Assembly: GCA_047495785.1 (NCBI GenBank)
Contig: JBLDXI010000021.1
Coordinates: 1,054,001-1,118,000, forward strand
Direction: 5' to 3'
Length of the DNA: 64,000 bases
Source: Lepidodermella squamata
Lineage: Eukaryota > Animalia > Gastrotricha
Each line of letters opens with the position of its first letter. Positions within the stretch are counted from its first letter, which is position 1. A model generated the notes under the pieces. The model was not told the DNA's origin. It ran no database searches and saw only the letters and a program-made list of their open reading frames with translations. Positions 26,969 through 39,937 of the stretch are shown here, in pieces. A program made the translations under genes and the position numbers.

Positions 26969-27616
26969 ATGGTATAGGTCTCTCGGAGGGCTTTGGTGTA
27001 TGTAACTCGAGAAATTTTGGCTCAAACTATTAGGCTAACTCGACTCATAAAACCATCACTTCTGAAGGTCTCATGACAATTTAAATTGCACTATTGTATT
27101 CAGCACGGTCGAATTACCTGGGTTTGACACCGATGGGTTAAGAAATCGGCAAACAGTTGTAGGTGACATGGATAGACAAATTATCGTTAAAATTGAATCA
27201 ACTCACTACAGGGTGGCCAAAAAATTCCGCAGAGCGGGAATTCGCTGTGCATCATTTTAAAGAGGAGTTTCACGAAATTGAGGAGTTCAATTGGCAAAAG
27301 AATGCTTGAAATTCTTCAACTTCTTAAAACTCCTCATTAACATGATGCGCAGCGAATTCCCGCTCTGCGGAATTTTTTTAGCCACCCTGTAAAAACTGAA
27401 CATTTTTTGTTTTTTTTTAATTTCTCGCATCTATTCGCGACTGATCATTTGAAAATTAACTTACTAAGGAATTAGACCGTGCTGAATACAATGGTGCAAT
27501 TTAAATTGTCATGAGACCTTCAGAAGTGATGGTTTTATGGGTCGAGTTAGCCTAATAGTTTGAGCCTAAATTTCTCGAGTTATACACCAAAGCCCTCCGA
27601 GAGACATATATACCAT
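26969..27616. repeat. Long near-perfect inverted repeat (~147-bp arms), probably a foldback element
   Basis: 26969-27115 is the reverse complement of 27470-27616 with few mismatches. Confidence 0.85.
27209..27389. mobile_element. Tc1/mariner-like MITE (181 bp) in the loop of the long inverted repeat
   Basis: TA-CAGGGTGGC...GCCACCCTG-TA; almost entirely palindromic. Confidence 0.85.
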
Positions 27617-28039
27617 GAGAAAGGAATAGAAAGTGACCGATTTCAAGTAATCGCCTTCCAAGATTGTCAAAAAATTATTCATTTGAAATAAAGGAGAGGT
27701 TTTTTAATATTTTGTTTCAATTTCGCATCGTGAGTGCGCACTCTGATCCCAAGCCTGATCACTACGTTCTCTGCGATCATGAAACAGATTGCCTCAACAA
27801 TGCAAATTTATTGAGTGCAAATAAACGGCACAGCAACTGAGTGTCCAAATTTCGACCGGCAGCCGAGGTTGGGAAGTGGCCGAAATTAGCGATATTTCTG
27901 CTCTACATTGTGTAAGCTAAGACCGAGGTATGGTTTGTTTTCACGTATTTAATCTTTACTATTCTTTTGTGATACCGGGAATAATAAGATTGAACCGTAG
28001 CGACGTTTTCTCAAACGAATCGAATCAGTGAACAGCTTC

Positions 28040-29147
28040 TCAACACCCGCCGCCTACCCGGTTAGGATCTGGATTGGCGCGCACCGTGCGGCCGCTTAGA
28101 GCGTAGGTCAATGTTCGGCGAGTGTTTATCAAGTCCGCGTCGCCATCGCCCTTGAGCCCCTTGAACGACGAAATCGATAGGATGTAGATAGGTCGCCAGT
28201 AGACAAACCACTTGACGCCCTCGGTGCCTGAGAAAAATGGAAACAATTTGCTTTGCATATCAGAACAAGCATCATAACATACAAGGTGGAAAGGTCAGCG
28301 AGCCTGTGTATTTGTAATACTTTTCCCAAGTCGCCCAATTTGGCAGGAGAGCTCCGAAGTCTAAGCTGAGGGATACGCTGGATTTCGGCTGGCGAACATT
28401 TGTCAGCTGGCTGAAAACTGGGCGCCAAGCAATGGCTCCCGACGCTTCATTATTGGATTCTGCATTTAACAAGAAAGCCGTCGCTGCTATGCCGTCAGCC
28501 TTGCCCTCCGCCTCGGCGTAGTTGCTGTACTTGGCGTTGAAGTGCAGGAACTGAACCTCACCAGCGCCCTGGTTGTCATCGACAAAGTGCTCAGATCCGC
28601 ACGTTTTGTACTTGTCGCATTTAGTAGCTTTAAGATCACCTGATGATAAATTTTTTATAAAAACTGAAATTTTGAATTCGACTAAAATTATCACCCCAGT
28701 GGAGAATGAAGCGATCGAAAACGAATGTGCCCTCGTCTATCGTAATTTTAGGCCGACTGCCTTTGGCCAGGCCTTCATCGGCGACGAACCTAACGTGTTT
28801 GCCAGTGTTTTCAAGTTTCCCGGAAACTTGGACGCCGTAGTTGCCCATTTCGAACTTGAGGCTTGGCTGGACTGTTGGAGCTGGATCTCGAAGTCTTATA
28901 TTAACCGGCGACTGTTGGGTACCGCTGAGACAAACTGGGCTGACATTGGCCCAGCCATTCAGGTCTAAAATAGGTGAAAAATATAAAAATAATACTACTG
29001 TCACTACCCTCGATTGTACCTTTGTAGTTCCAGTCTTGGGCAACGGCGGCTGCAGAAATCGCCACCGCCACAAAAATCAACTAAAGAATAATTATCAAGA
29101 GTGGAGAAACCGAGTTTCATAGGGAATTTTACCTTTGAGAAGAACAT
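28040..29147 (-). CDS. CA11: secreted alpha-CA-related protein, close paralog of CA10
   Basis: FDRFILHWG, GSEH, EVQFLH, GSLTFPPC; exons, introns and flanks closely match CA10. Confidence 0.9.
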
Positions 29148-31209
29148 TCTGGGGTGAAATCTGTTAAAATTGACCGAATATTGCCTTTATATCATGACAG
29201 GCACGGATTAACTTTTCTAATCGGATAATTGCCTCGGCACCTGCCAAGGAAATATGGTTGCATTTTCTGCGCGTCGATCTGTTTTTTTTGTTTCAGTCAA
29301 GGTATTGAATTTGTAAAAATTAAGCTGAAGCTGCGTTATATAATCCGCAAAAACTGCGCAAAAGGCAACAAATATGTGTCACAATAATACCTAAAAAGTC
29401 AAGTTACGTTATACGTGGATTAGGCCGATAACTTTTTGAAGAGGCTATAGGAATCAGAAAATTGAGCACGTTTTTTCAGACCGCATAAACCAGGAGCCAT
29501 CTAGAAAATTCACATAGGCAGGTCAGGCGTGACGTTGGTTTGGCCTATGGCGTTAATGTTTGCATAATTTAAGTAGGATTTTAAGTTTTTCAGTCTCACT
29601 TTCAGGTTACAGCCAGCTTTTATTGCTTGATGTGAAAATTTAGAGCGCGAGTAATTATCAGTTTTTGACGCAGTAGAGCGTGACGCGTGACACAGTAAGT
29701 TACCTTAGGCTCCGGATAACGACGGCTCGTTTATCTTGCCATAATGGGTTACATACAGAGAGATAGCACGGAGATACCTAGTTGTTGAAGGAAATGAGTG
29801 CTCTCTACGTCACCCCATGGCTCTCACGGCCGAAAAATAAAGCACGTTCAGGTATTTCCTATTTCCAATATTGATTTCTCAGCAATTACTTGAGTCTTTG
29901 ATCAAGCATAAAAAATCATATAGATTTCTCGACGGTAATTTCTCGAAATCAGAAAATAGAAAGTAAAAAAACCGAAAAATAATTTAAAATAAGTGACAAA
30001 AAATGCCCACTGATGGATTTGTGGGAGTGTGAAATTGACCATCGACCATCGCACCCGCCATCAAATTTTTGCTTTTCGGCCTCTTTTGACACTGATACCT
30101 GCATGATTTTTTATTTTAGCGCGACATGTTACCCTGAGTTTTCAGAAGTGCAGAACATAATTTTCACTGTCGACTTCCGAGACTTCCAATATCGGAAAAA
30201 TCACTGCTTTGCAAAATCGATTCTTCGAAAAACTCGTATAAACTGACCGCTCGTAATGTACGCGGTTTGGCATGAAAAGTAAAATAAATAAAAATTGAAA
30301 ATAAGGGAAGACTCGAATAAACACGAAAATGATAGTTTGAGGCAGCTGAACCTCAAATTTGGCGCTGGAACCAAAAATTGTCATCTTGGCACAACCCACT
30401 TAGATTGGAAATTTCATCTCCTCCATGAAATAATAGGAAAGAGGTTCAACTTGTTAAATTGACCGAATGTCTTGAAATTTTATTCATCCGAAAAATAAAC
30501 GTGAAAAATGTTGTTATGAAGCAAAATGTGCATTAATAGCTGAGTATGATGGCTCGGTTCATGTTCTTTTTTAAGATCCAAAACGGCTGATTCGATTGTA
30601 CCGCCGAAAGCAAGCAGTTAACTCGTTTAATTCACTGATACTTAATGACGTGCCTAATTTTTTTTTAAAAAAGCAAACAAATGCACCGAAAAATTCAAGC
30701 TTGTGCTTGCTAGCGGAGGTAATCGAGCCAGCAGCGCGTTGGGCACACGCGAAAAAAACGACTCAACTGAGGCTAGTTATAATAGAAGATGTATAAAAAA
30801 TAAGTATACACTCCTGGCAATAATGACTTATTTAGTCAACTCAACGCCGGCGTTGGTAGTTAAATGACAACAAATTAATTGTTATAAGCCAGTGGCTTTG
30901 AGTGGATCCTAATAAACAGATAATTCGGCAGAGCGTAATTTACACCTGGGGGATGAGCGTGAAAAGACGTGACGAATAATGATATAATAATATTGAAGGC
31001 GAGTTCGCTGGGAGATCATTAACCTAACGTGATGATGCCGTCAATTAAAAAGCGCCACCGTCATAACGCGGTGGCCGCCTGGTCGGCATTCTGGCAAATT
31101 TGCAGCTCCCCTTCACTTCATTCGTCAAGACAAGAATCACTCAGCAGCGTTTCATTTTTTTAATTTAGTGATTTTTACTTTTTACTGGTCATCTCTTTCT
31201 CACATTAAA

Positions 31210-32366
31210 ATGGCGGTTATCTTGGTAAAAATTTGCGTGGGAGTTGTCGCGAATATTCACTATTGATTTTATTGCCGACAGACTTTGGCAGCCGTCGTCG
31301 CTTTCGCGGCGTGCGCTAACGCTGGCCCGGCGTGGACTTACCAAGGTAAAATTTTACCTAGTCATAACAATCGCCTATTTCACGGTTCAATGATTCTCTC
31401 TGCAGATATTCAGGGTTGGGCGGATACGGCGGAAATCTGCGGCAGCGGCAAACAGCAGTCGCCCATCGCCATCGCCGGCCGCATCATCAACACCCCGAGC
31501 CTCAAGACCACCTTCATCAAGTACAACGTCGACCTCAGCGGTGACATGACGAACGACGGCCGAAACATTGTCTTCGTCGCCAACGCTTCGATGGCCAAGG
31601 CCGATCGCCCGCAAATCAAGCTGTCCGAGGGTGCTGACAAGTACGCCCTTGACCGCATCGTCTTCCACTGGGGTTTGGCGTGAATTTTTCTAGAATTTTC
31701 TCGAATTAATCCCTCGGATTTTTTATAGGCAACATTTCGCAGTGCCAGGCTAACAAGCCGTGCCTTGGATCTGAGCATCTCGTCGGCGGCAGGCCGAACC
31801 CAGCCGAGGCGCAGCTCATCCACTTCAACCTCAAGTACGACAACGCGAGCGCCGCCGAGTCGAAGAAGGACGGCCTGGCTGCTATCGCCTTCCAGCTGAC
31901 CCTCGTCCGCGGAAAGACGCCCGATGCTGACTGGCTCCAGGCCATGAAGGCCCTGCCCAGCCTCAAGGACGAAGGCTCCACCACCACTGTTAAGCTCAAC
32001 CTCACCACCATGATCCCGAAGTCGGCTGCCAACGGCAAGGGCCGCTTTTTCCGCTACACTGGCTCCCTCACCACCCCATCATGTAAGGATAAATTCCTCA
32101 ATTTCTAGAAAAATCTGATTCATTTTTCGATGTGTAAATCAGGCGCTGAGGGTGTCAAGTGGACCGTTTACGCCGAGCCCGTGGAAATTCTGTCGCTGTC
32201 CAACTTCAACCTGATCACGTCCAAGGATGAGAACAACAAGACATCGAAAGTCGTCAACAACTTCCGCGCAGTTGAGCCGCTCAACGGCCGCCCGATCCGG
32301 TCGAACAAGCCCGGCAACATCGGCGGTGGTCCCGTCATTCCCTTCCCCTTCCTCCTGTTCGGCTAA
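31210..32366 (+). CDS. CA12: secreted alpha-CA-related protein (predicted acatalytic), strongly codon-biased
   Basis: MAVIL|TLAAVVAFAACANA signal; LDRIVFHWG (His94>Val), GSEH, EAQLIH (His119>Gln), GSLTTPSC, NNFRAVE. Confidence 0.92.
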
Positions 32367-33447
32367 GCGGCGCGTGCTGCCTCAGGAATCATAGTTGCGA
32401 CCTGTTTAGGAATTAATCTCTCTCTCTGATTTGTTAACTCTCTATATATTCAAATCGACAACAGTTGTATCAGAAAATAATCTTAAGATCTTCGATGTTG
32501 TCTTATCACTTCACCGTTACACTTCGCCACATGCTCCGTTCATTATTGCGTTCGTTTTAACGTCAACTTCTTATACAAATATAGACTTGTCGAAAAAGAA
32601 AAGAAAAAATCAGTTAAAGCTTGGTTGAATGACTTTTTGAAAGTCTGGAAATGTCTCGACATAGTCATTATGCCCAACACTTTGGCATGAAAAGAATTGA
32701 GAAATTCCGACGCCGAATCCATCGATCTCAACGAGAGATAGTTCAAGCGGGAACCTGCTACCAGCAAAGCTAGAATCACGTTAATAGCTCGTATCCAACA
32801 TATAGTAGTACCGTAAAGCTGGCTCGTGGGAAAGCCTTCGACGGCACTCTTCAAAGCTCTGACGGATGTCGACGAGAAACGAAGGCGCTTCTCAAAAACT
32901 TTTCTTCAAGGCTTGGGGACAATATAGGATCTTAGGGCAATACAAGATATAAGGATAGAGGTGGTGTTGGAGCGGTGTGGGTTGGTTTACACTTGTGGGC
33001 TGGAATGGGCTGTATTGCTGGTTGACCTACTTTCCAACTAATTTTTTCCAATTAGCAAAGCCCAAAATCGAACCAAATTTTACATTTTCTTGCAGGGTGA
33101 CTACAACCCCAGGGTGTCTAAAAGGGGCGCAGGAAAATGGATGATAAACCAGTATCTCGTCGGCTTGTTGGTGGGCTAAGACCTATTTTATGGGTCTGTC
33201 ATCAAACAAACGCTAAAGTGTCATCAAAATCTTGCTTGTCACCGATTTTGCCTGTCACCAAACAGAATGCATTTCTAGGTTGATCTTATCACGCCGATGA
33301 ACGTTTTCTTTGAGAGCGGCTTCCCAGCTATCCCCATTCTCGAGATAATCTCCCAGGTGTGACCCCAGGTGAGGTGACGTGAGCAACTTGACACTGGAAT
33401 TTCTCCTTAGCGGTAAGTGATAAAAATATGGGGTTTTCAGATTATTG

Positions 33448-33824
33448 GGGTCCCCTACAGAGCAGCAGGCTTCAAAGCAAGATAAACTCGAAAAGCGGTG
33501 CAAACGTCGCGCAACAATAAATCGAATTAATTACGATAAAATTCGGCGTAGTTTTCTGAATATGGACTCATCATAACTTTAGTAGTCCGGCTTATGAATT
33601 TTGAAAAAATTTCGAAAAAGGACTTTTTCGACCAAAGTGAGGTCTGAGTCACATTACGGAGTTTTGATGACTTATGTTCCTCAATTTTTGGTGTGAAAAG
33701 CTAGAATAGCTGACCATCATGTTAGTCCATTGGTTGAAAATCAGAGGCTAAGCCTGAGCGCCTGCTGAGAGGACTGTTTAGTGCGTTTTCCCTGCTTTGA
33801 AGCCTGCTGCTCTGTGGGGGACCC
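33448..33824. mobile_element. Non-autonomous DNA transposon with 8-bp TSD and GG termini (Merlin-like)
   Basis: TSD GATTATTG at 33440-33447 and 33825-33832; 32-bp TIR GGGTCCCC(T/C)ACAGAGCAGCAGGCTTCAAAGCA. Confidence 0.85.
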
Positions 33825-35039
33825 GATTATTGCTCCCTAATTGTTTCTCTATCGAAATAACATGTGTCAATAGTGAGCGAAATAAAATATTTTCTCAGAA
33901 GCATGCTGGGATTTTATGCCATGGATGCTGGATATAATAGCACGTTCAATTCGAGTTCGAATTTTGAACTAAAAATCAGAAATTGTTAGCAATCATTGAA
34001 AATGTTCGGAAGAGCAACTGCCCTTTGAGGGAATCAGTTATCTAATAGTAATAAAGCAGATTCGTGACCACAAACACAACTATTAAATGCATGTTTTGTA
34101 CCTGAATTCCTTATGGCCCACATCGACGCTATAATGTCCTTTGCGTGTCAGAGGATTGCTTGACGGGGCTGAAAAAAACTCAGAACACAGTTAGGAGCCG
34201 TTTTTCTCAGTCTGTGGTCATTTTTAATGACCTCAGCAAAAATCTCCTTTTCGTATCTTATCCGTGCCTTTTTATGAACGAACCATTCATTCCCAGTTCC
34301 CAGTAGTTTCATACCAATCAACCTTAAGCCACCTATAAACGTGCGATATAATGTAATTTTTTCTCTCTTCAGTTCCTAGGTAAAGTTTGAAGCGTGGCGC
34401 GGATTATTTGCCGCTGAAGGTAAAACTATACAAACTGACCATATTTCTATATTATAATAAGAGCACTTATTACCGTCCTTTTATAATCCCACATTATTCT
34501 AAACCCCCTCAGACTAATTTTATTTATTTGTAATACAGCAACAAATTGCCATATTGCATAATGAAGGGTTGGTAAATCTAGGGCAGCATCTCTGAAAATT
34601 GATGACAGGTCGCGACCAAAAAAAATTACGTCACCTGACCGCAGATAGCCATCATCAACGTCACCCACGCCTTGCAAGAATTACCCAAACAAGTTATATA
34701 ATTTTATCTCGGTATTAAAGTAATTTTGCTTCGCAGTGTCGCGCGCTTTTTAAGCAATAATTCGAAGTTAGGAACCACCTTTTCCTTTCATCTTTGTCTT
34801 CGCGCAATTAAAATTGCTTATTAATAGAGTGAAAGTGTGAATTGAGCGATCATTTTTTGCGGCGGACGATTCTCTTCAGACGCCGGTAAGAAAGTGCCTC
34901 ATTTTTTGCCGAATTCAAGTGACCTCCGCCCCTCCATTCATGTGTCATGTCCATTTTCGCTTTCTTGACTGGCATTATTTACGAAACCTTATTTATCTGT
35001 CTTATTTGTTATTCATCCCCGATTAGGATCAGGTAAAAC

Positions 35040-36594
35040 ATGATAATCAGCGTAAGTTTTACTGATTTTTCGTTTCAATAAATTAAAAAAAGAAAATTAA
35101 TTTAGGTTATCCTTCCAATTATTGCCTGTCTGCTGCTCGGCGCAAAAGCTGAATGGTTTTATTCAGGTTAATTATTCTAATAAATTCCATATAATTTTTC
35201 ATTGAAATTCTGATTATTTTCCAAGATCTCGATGCCTGGTACGATATAGACGAAAAATGTACGGATGGCATGCACCAATCACCGATTAAAATTGAATCCA
35301 GCCGGGTGGTCTACGCGCCTAATCTTGACAATGATAAACTGAAGTTCGAAAAATACGACCTGGCCTACAGTGGATTCCTAACAAATAGCGGCCGTTCAAT
35401 CTACTTTACTATCGATCCTAATTCAAGAGCAGACCGCCGCCCTAAAATTTCTGGCGGCGGTTTGAACAATCAGAACTTCGTTTTCGAACAATTCATCCTT
35501 CATTGGGGTAAACTTTTTTGAAAAATCAAATTTTGAAATTATTAGTTTTTTATCCCAGGTGCTAATGATTGCGAAGCAACGAACTGTAAAGGCTCTGAAC
35601 ACTCTATTGACAACAAATTCGCCCCGGCTGAAATTCAATTCGTCCATTACAACGCGAAGTACAGGACGTATGGCGAGGCTGCGGAGAGAGACGATGGACT
35701 TGCCGTAGTCGCTTTTCAGTTCGACAATGTCCAGGACCCTAACTTGGTTAAAACCGGCTATAAAGCTATGGCTAAATTGGTGTCGAGAATCGCCGCTCAA
35801 GCATCCAGCTGTGAGTTGATTTTAAAATAAATTGAAATTTAATTGAAATTCGATTTTTTATAGCTGCCGTCGCGTTCGATTTTAGCAAAATTATCCCAAC
35901 ATTCGCAACGGATGGCTCAGGCCGTTACTATCGTTACAATGGGTCATTGACAGCACCGCCTTGTAAATAATTTTTTAGGAGGATTTTTCATAATTTTTTC
36001 AAATTTTTTAAAGGCTCAGAATCCGTCATTTGGTCTGTGTTTGAGCCTCGAATTCCCGTAATGCCCTCTACCCTAGCGGCTCTTAGAGTCGCCCAAACGA
36101 TCGATGAAGAAGGAATGGTTGTCCCGCTGGTCAATAATTACCGCCCAATTCAGTCCCTCAATGATCGTGTAGTTCGCACTAATAAGCGCCTGGTTCAAAT
36201 AAACGCGCCTCAGCCTGCAGTATTGGTTCAAAATACCCCACCCCAACTGCAACAAATTCGACCTTTAGTCGCCATGCAAGCGCCTTCGTTACCCGCCCAG
36301 CCTGTCGCTCCACCCGCCCCGCCGGCTGTATTTCCGTTCATTTTTCAAACGCAACCGCCGCCGCGAACTGTGGCGACTACGGCGGCGCCGTGGAACCCTC
36401 GAAATAACAATAATAACAACATTTTCCAGGAATTCACCGGCAATTCTAACAACAACTTCGGAGTGCCATTTGCTAACAACTTTGGCGTGCCGTCGTTGTT
36501 TGGCAGCAGCAATAACAATAATAACCGCGGGCAGAATAATCAGTTCTTCGGCGGCGGTAACGTGTTCGACGGCTTCCCTAACTGGATGGGATAG
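35040..36594 (+). CDS. CA13: secreted alpha-CA-related protein with Pro/Gln-rich then Asn/Phe/Gly-rich tail
   Basis: FEQFILHWG (His94>Ile), GSEH, EIQFVH (His119>Gln), GSLTAPPC, NNYRPIQ; ~130-aa low-complexity tail. Confidence 0.92.
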
Positions 36595-37037
36595 AAATGA
36601 TAGGAAAAAATAGGAAACTCTAACACGATTAGGGGTCACTGAACTTGGAAATATTACATCAGCTGTGATTTTTCTGCAATTTTTTTGTCGCTTAACCGGT
36701 TTTATTTTGCCTCACTGCCAGGTTTTCTTTTCAGCTTTTAGGAGTGAATGAAAAAATAATAAAAAGTCGTGCCTGGTTTCCCAGAAGGAAAATCATATAT
36801 TGTGTTTTTCCTGAAGTCTTTGTTCGGAAAAAAATCTCAGTTTTTTCGCGCATGAAAAGAAGGGATTAGCGAAGGCGGAGGAAAGGCGGGCGCGTTTTAG
36901 GTGAGAAACGTGTAATAAAAGCTCCCGAGTCTTATAATAATACCCCTTTCTTTTAACGCAAAAAATGGTGCGCTATAAAAGGTCGAAGGAGAGCTAAGTG
37001 CAAAGTCTATAATTTTACTTGCCTAGATTGAGTGAGA

Positions 37038-38222
37038 ATGATTTACGGAAAAATAACCTCGGTAAATTTAATTTCAACTTAAAATTATTCCATTTTTCAT
37101 TTTTATTAATATCAAGTCGATTGTGTTTCTGGCGTCCTTAAATTTGGCTTTGGGACAGAACGACTGGTCTTACAATGGTATTTTTATTATTCAATAAAAT
37201 TAAGTTACGGAATTTTCATTTATTAGACACGGATGCTTGGAGTGCTAATAAGAACTATGCCGTTTGCGGGAATGGTCGCCGTCAGTCGCCGATTCGGATT
37301 TCATCTCGCCAAGCCCTGACCGATCGAACACTGGCTAATGACCCACTTCAATTCTCCAACTACGGCGATCAATTCATGGGAACGTTTTCAAACGAAGGCC
37401 AACTCGTTCGATTCACGCTGGACAGCAAAATTCCGCGGGATAAGCGCCCGCGAATCTACAACGGCGGCTACGGGCAGAACGGCCAAGTTCTGGAGTACAT
37501 CGAATTCCACTGGGGCGTCAATTCGTCGGTAAACCGCGGCTCTGAGCACATTATCGATGGGCGCGGAGCTCCGATGGAGGTTCAGTTTGTTCACTACAAC
37601 GGGCGGTATGAGAGTTACAACGATGCTAGGAAGCTCAATGACGGCCTGGCGATAGTTGCATTCCTATTTGAGCCTATCAACGACACGGACTTCATCGCAA
37701 CCGACTACGCCCAATTCGCCAATGCCATGCCTAAAATCGCTCGTCAAGGCGATAAAGGTCAATTTTTTATATTTTAATAATTTTTTAATATTTTTTTTAA
37801 ATTTAGCTCAAGTCACCATTGATTTTTCAAAGCTTTTGCCGGCGTGGGCTCCACGTGGTGATGGCATTTATTTCCGATATTCCGGATCCCTGACTAGCCC
37901 ACCTTGCTCGGAAATCGTCTCATGGACCGTTTTCCAGCGTCGCATTATGATTTTAGACACAGTCATGGATATCTACTTCCAGCATGTCATGACTAAAACC
38001 TGGGAGGCCAATAAGAGCGCCCTGGCTCCTATGGCTAACAATAACCGGCCCGTGCAGTCGTTGAATGGCCGCCAGGTGAGAACGAACCGCGACATTACGC
38101 CGGCTTACAATCGCGAGGTGGCTCAAGAGGCGCTGAGATTAGCCCGCAACCGAACCCAGCCAGCTAAACCATTCACCTGCTGGGGTGCTTTCTTGTGCCT
38201 GCCTTACCCCGATAGCAACTAA
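37038..38222 (+). CDS. CA14: secreted alpha-CA-related protein (predicted acatalytic)
   Basis: LEYIEFHWG (His94>Glu), GSEH, EVQFVH (His119>Gln), GSLTSPPC, NNNRPVQ; tail KPFTCWGAFLCLPYPDSN. Confidence 0.91.
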
Positions 38223-38472
38223 AAACCGGTGCCTAGATTCCGAAAAAAAACCGGTAGAAAATATTATGTGACACGTGCAATCAATATATCTATAACGCTT
38301 TTTTGTATAACCAATCTGTTCAAAAATAAATACGGAAAAATCCCGGTTGTTATGGTAACGCGTCGCACGGTGCGAGCAAATAATAAAATTTTCGGCGCGC
38401 AATAATTGCGTGTTTACCCAGAAAGGCTAGACGACCCAGATTCCAGTGCGAAATCTTTGCATTACTGAAAAA

Positions 38473-39937
38473 ATGGGAATTTTTCGATTTCTAGTTTTCG
38501 CGTCTATTTTCGGGAAAGTTCTGAGCCAAAATACAACAGTTCGAACGTCGTCGAGCCAAACGTCGACTACAACCGCTTCGATTACTACGACACTTCAAGC
38601 GTTGACTAAAGCTACAAAGTCAAATTTACCTTCTTTCATCAGCCAAGCTCCATGGACCTTTGAAGGCTAGATTTCAGCCTAAAATTAATTAAAATTAACC
38701 TATAATTTTTTTCAGAGGAGAATAGATGGGGTATTATCAATGAAGTCTGCGTCAAAGGCAAACGCCAGAGTCCGATCGCAGTGTCCCTCGAGGATGCTAT
38801 TCCCTCGCAAAAACTGAAGAGCGAATCGTTGATTTTTCGAAGCTACGACACCCGTGTTGCGGGGAAACTAGTGAATACCGGGCGGTCGGTGATGTGGATG
38901 ATTGACCCGAAAACCGTGTTGACTCAAACGACCCCAAGCGTGTCGGGTGGTGGGTTACCGCCAACTGGTAGCGCAGGTTACGCTCTAGGTCAAATCGTTT
39001 TCCACTGGGCTAGTAGCGACATTGAATCTGCTGGACTTGGATCGGAACACGTTGTAGAGTGAGCGATCAAATTATCACATAGTTCAAGGCCTTGAAAAAT
39101 CTATTTAACTCAGGTACAGGGCAGCTCCTTTGGAGGTTCAATTTATTCACTACAGCACGGCCTATAAAAGCATCGAGGACGCCATAAAAAATTTGACTAA
39201 CCCTGACAATCTAGCAGTTCTTGGTAGGCCGTTTCTTATATTAATCTAGAGAATGCAACTCTCTTTTCCAGCATTTTTGTTCCAACCAACCTCTGATGGC
39301 AATTTTACATCAAAGACAAATTATTCGAGCATTATTGAAAGATTAGATGACATTTCCGATCCGTTATCTGCAGGTTTTAATTTTTCTAATTTTTTCAAAT
39401 CGGTTCATTATTTTAAACTGATTTAAGTTGATTTAACAATCGACATGTCTAAGCTTCTGCCGGATTTCGCCAAAAATGGGGTCTACTTTCGCTACGATGG
39501 CTCGCTTACTATTCCGCCGTGCTCTGAAGTCGCGAAATGGACGGTTTTTCGCGACAGAATAACGATACCCGCTTCAGATCTGGAAGAGTTTTGGGATCAA
39601 ATTTGGGCTAGCAGCATTTCATCAACTACCCCTATGACAACTAAAGCAGCGACTGCAGTTACCGGTAACGATGGCGATGATGACGACGATTATTGGTATT
39701 ACCCGGGCACAAAAATGCGATTTTATCGATCACTTCAAAAACGAAACGGGCGCATGGTTTGGACGAATGGTAAATGGCCTGATTTGTCGATAAATTTAGA
39801 TTTTTTAGCCTTTTCACGCAGGTAATGGTTTGGCATCTCCGTCAGGCTCTCATACCTGCGAGCCTGCGTCTTCTAAGATTTTCCTGGCAACAGCCGTCGT
39901 GACTTTTATTCAATTTATTAGGCTTAACGGCAACTGA
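38473..39937 (+). CDS. CA15: alpha-CA-related protein with N-terminal Ser/Thr stalk and GPI-like tail
   Basis: LGQIVFHWA (His94>Val), GSEH, EVQFIH (His119>Gln), GSLTIPPC; first intron needs a GC donor at 38666. Confidence 0.82.

Noticed and set aside
31387-32038. Long antisense ORFs over CA12 (and similar ones over other CA, ankyrin, Pitx and iGluR exons)
   Set aside because: Shadow frames caused by codon bias of the real gene on the opposite strand; no protein motifs
32543-32900. Minus-strand ORF faintly resembling a LINE reverse transcriptase C-terminus
   Set aside because: No diagnostic RT motifs; too weak to call
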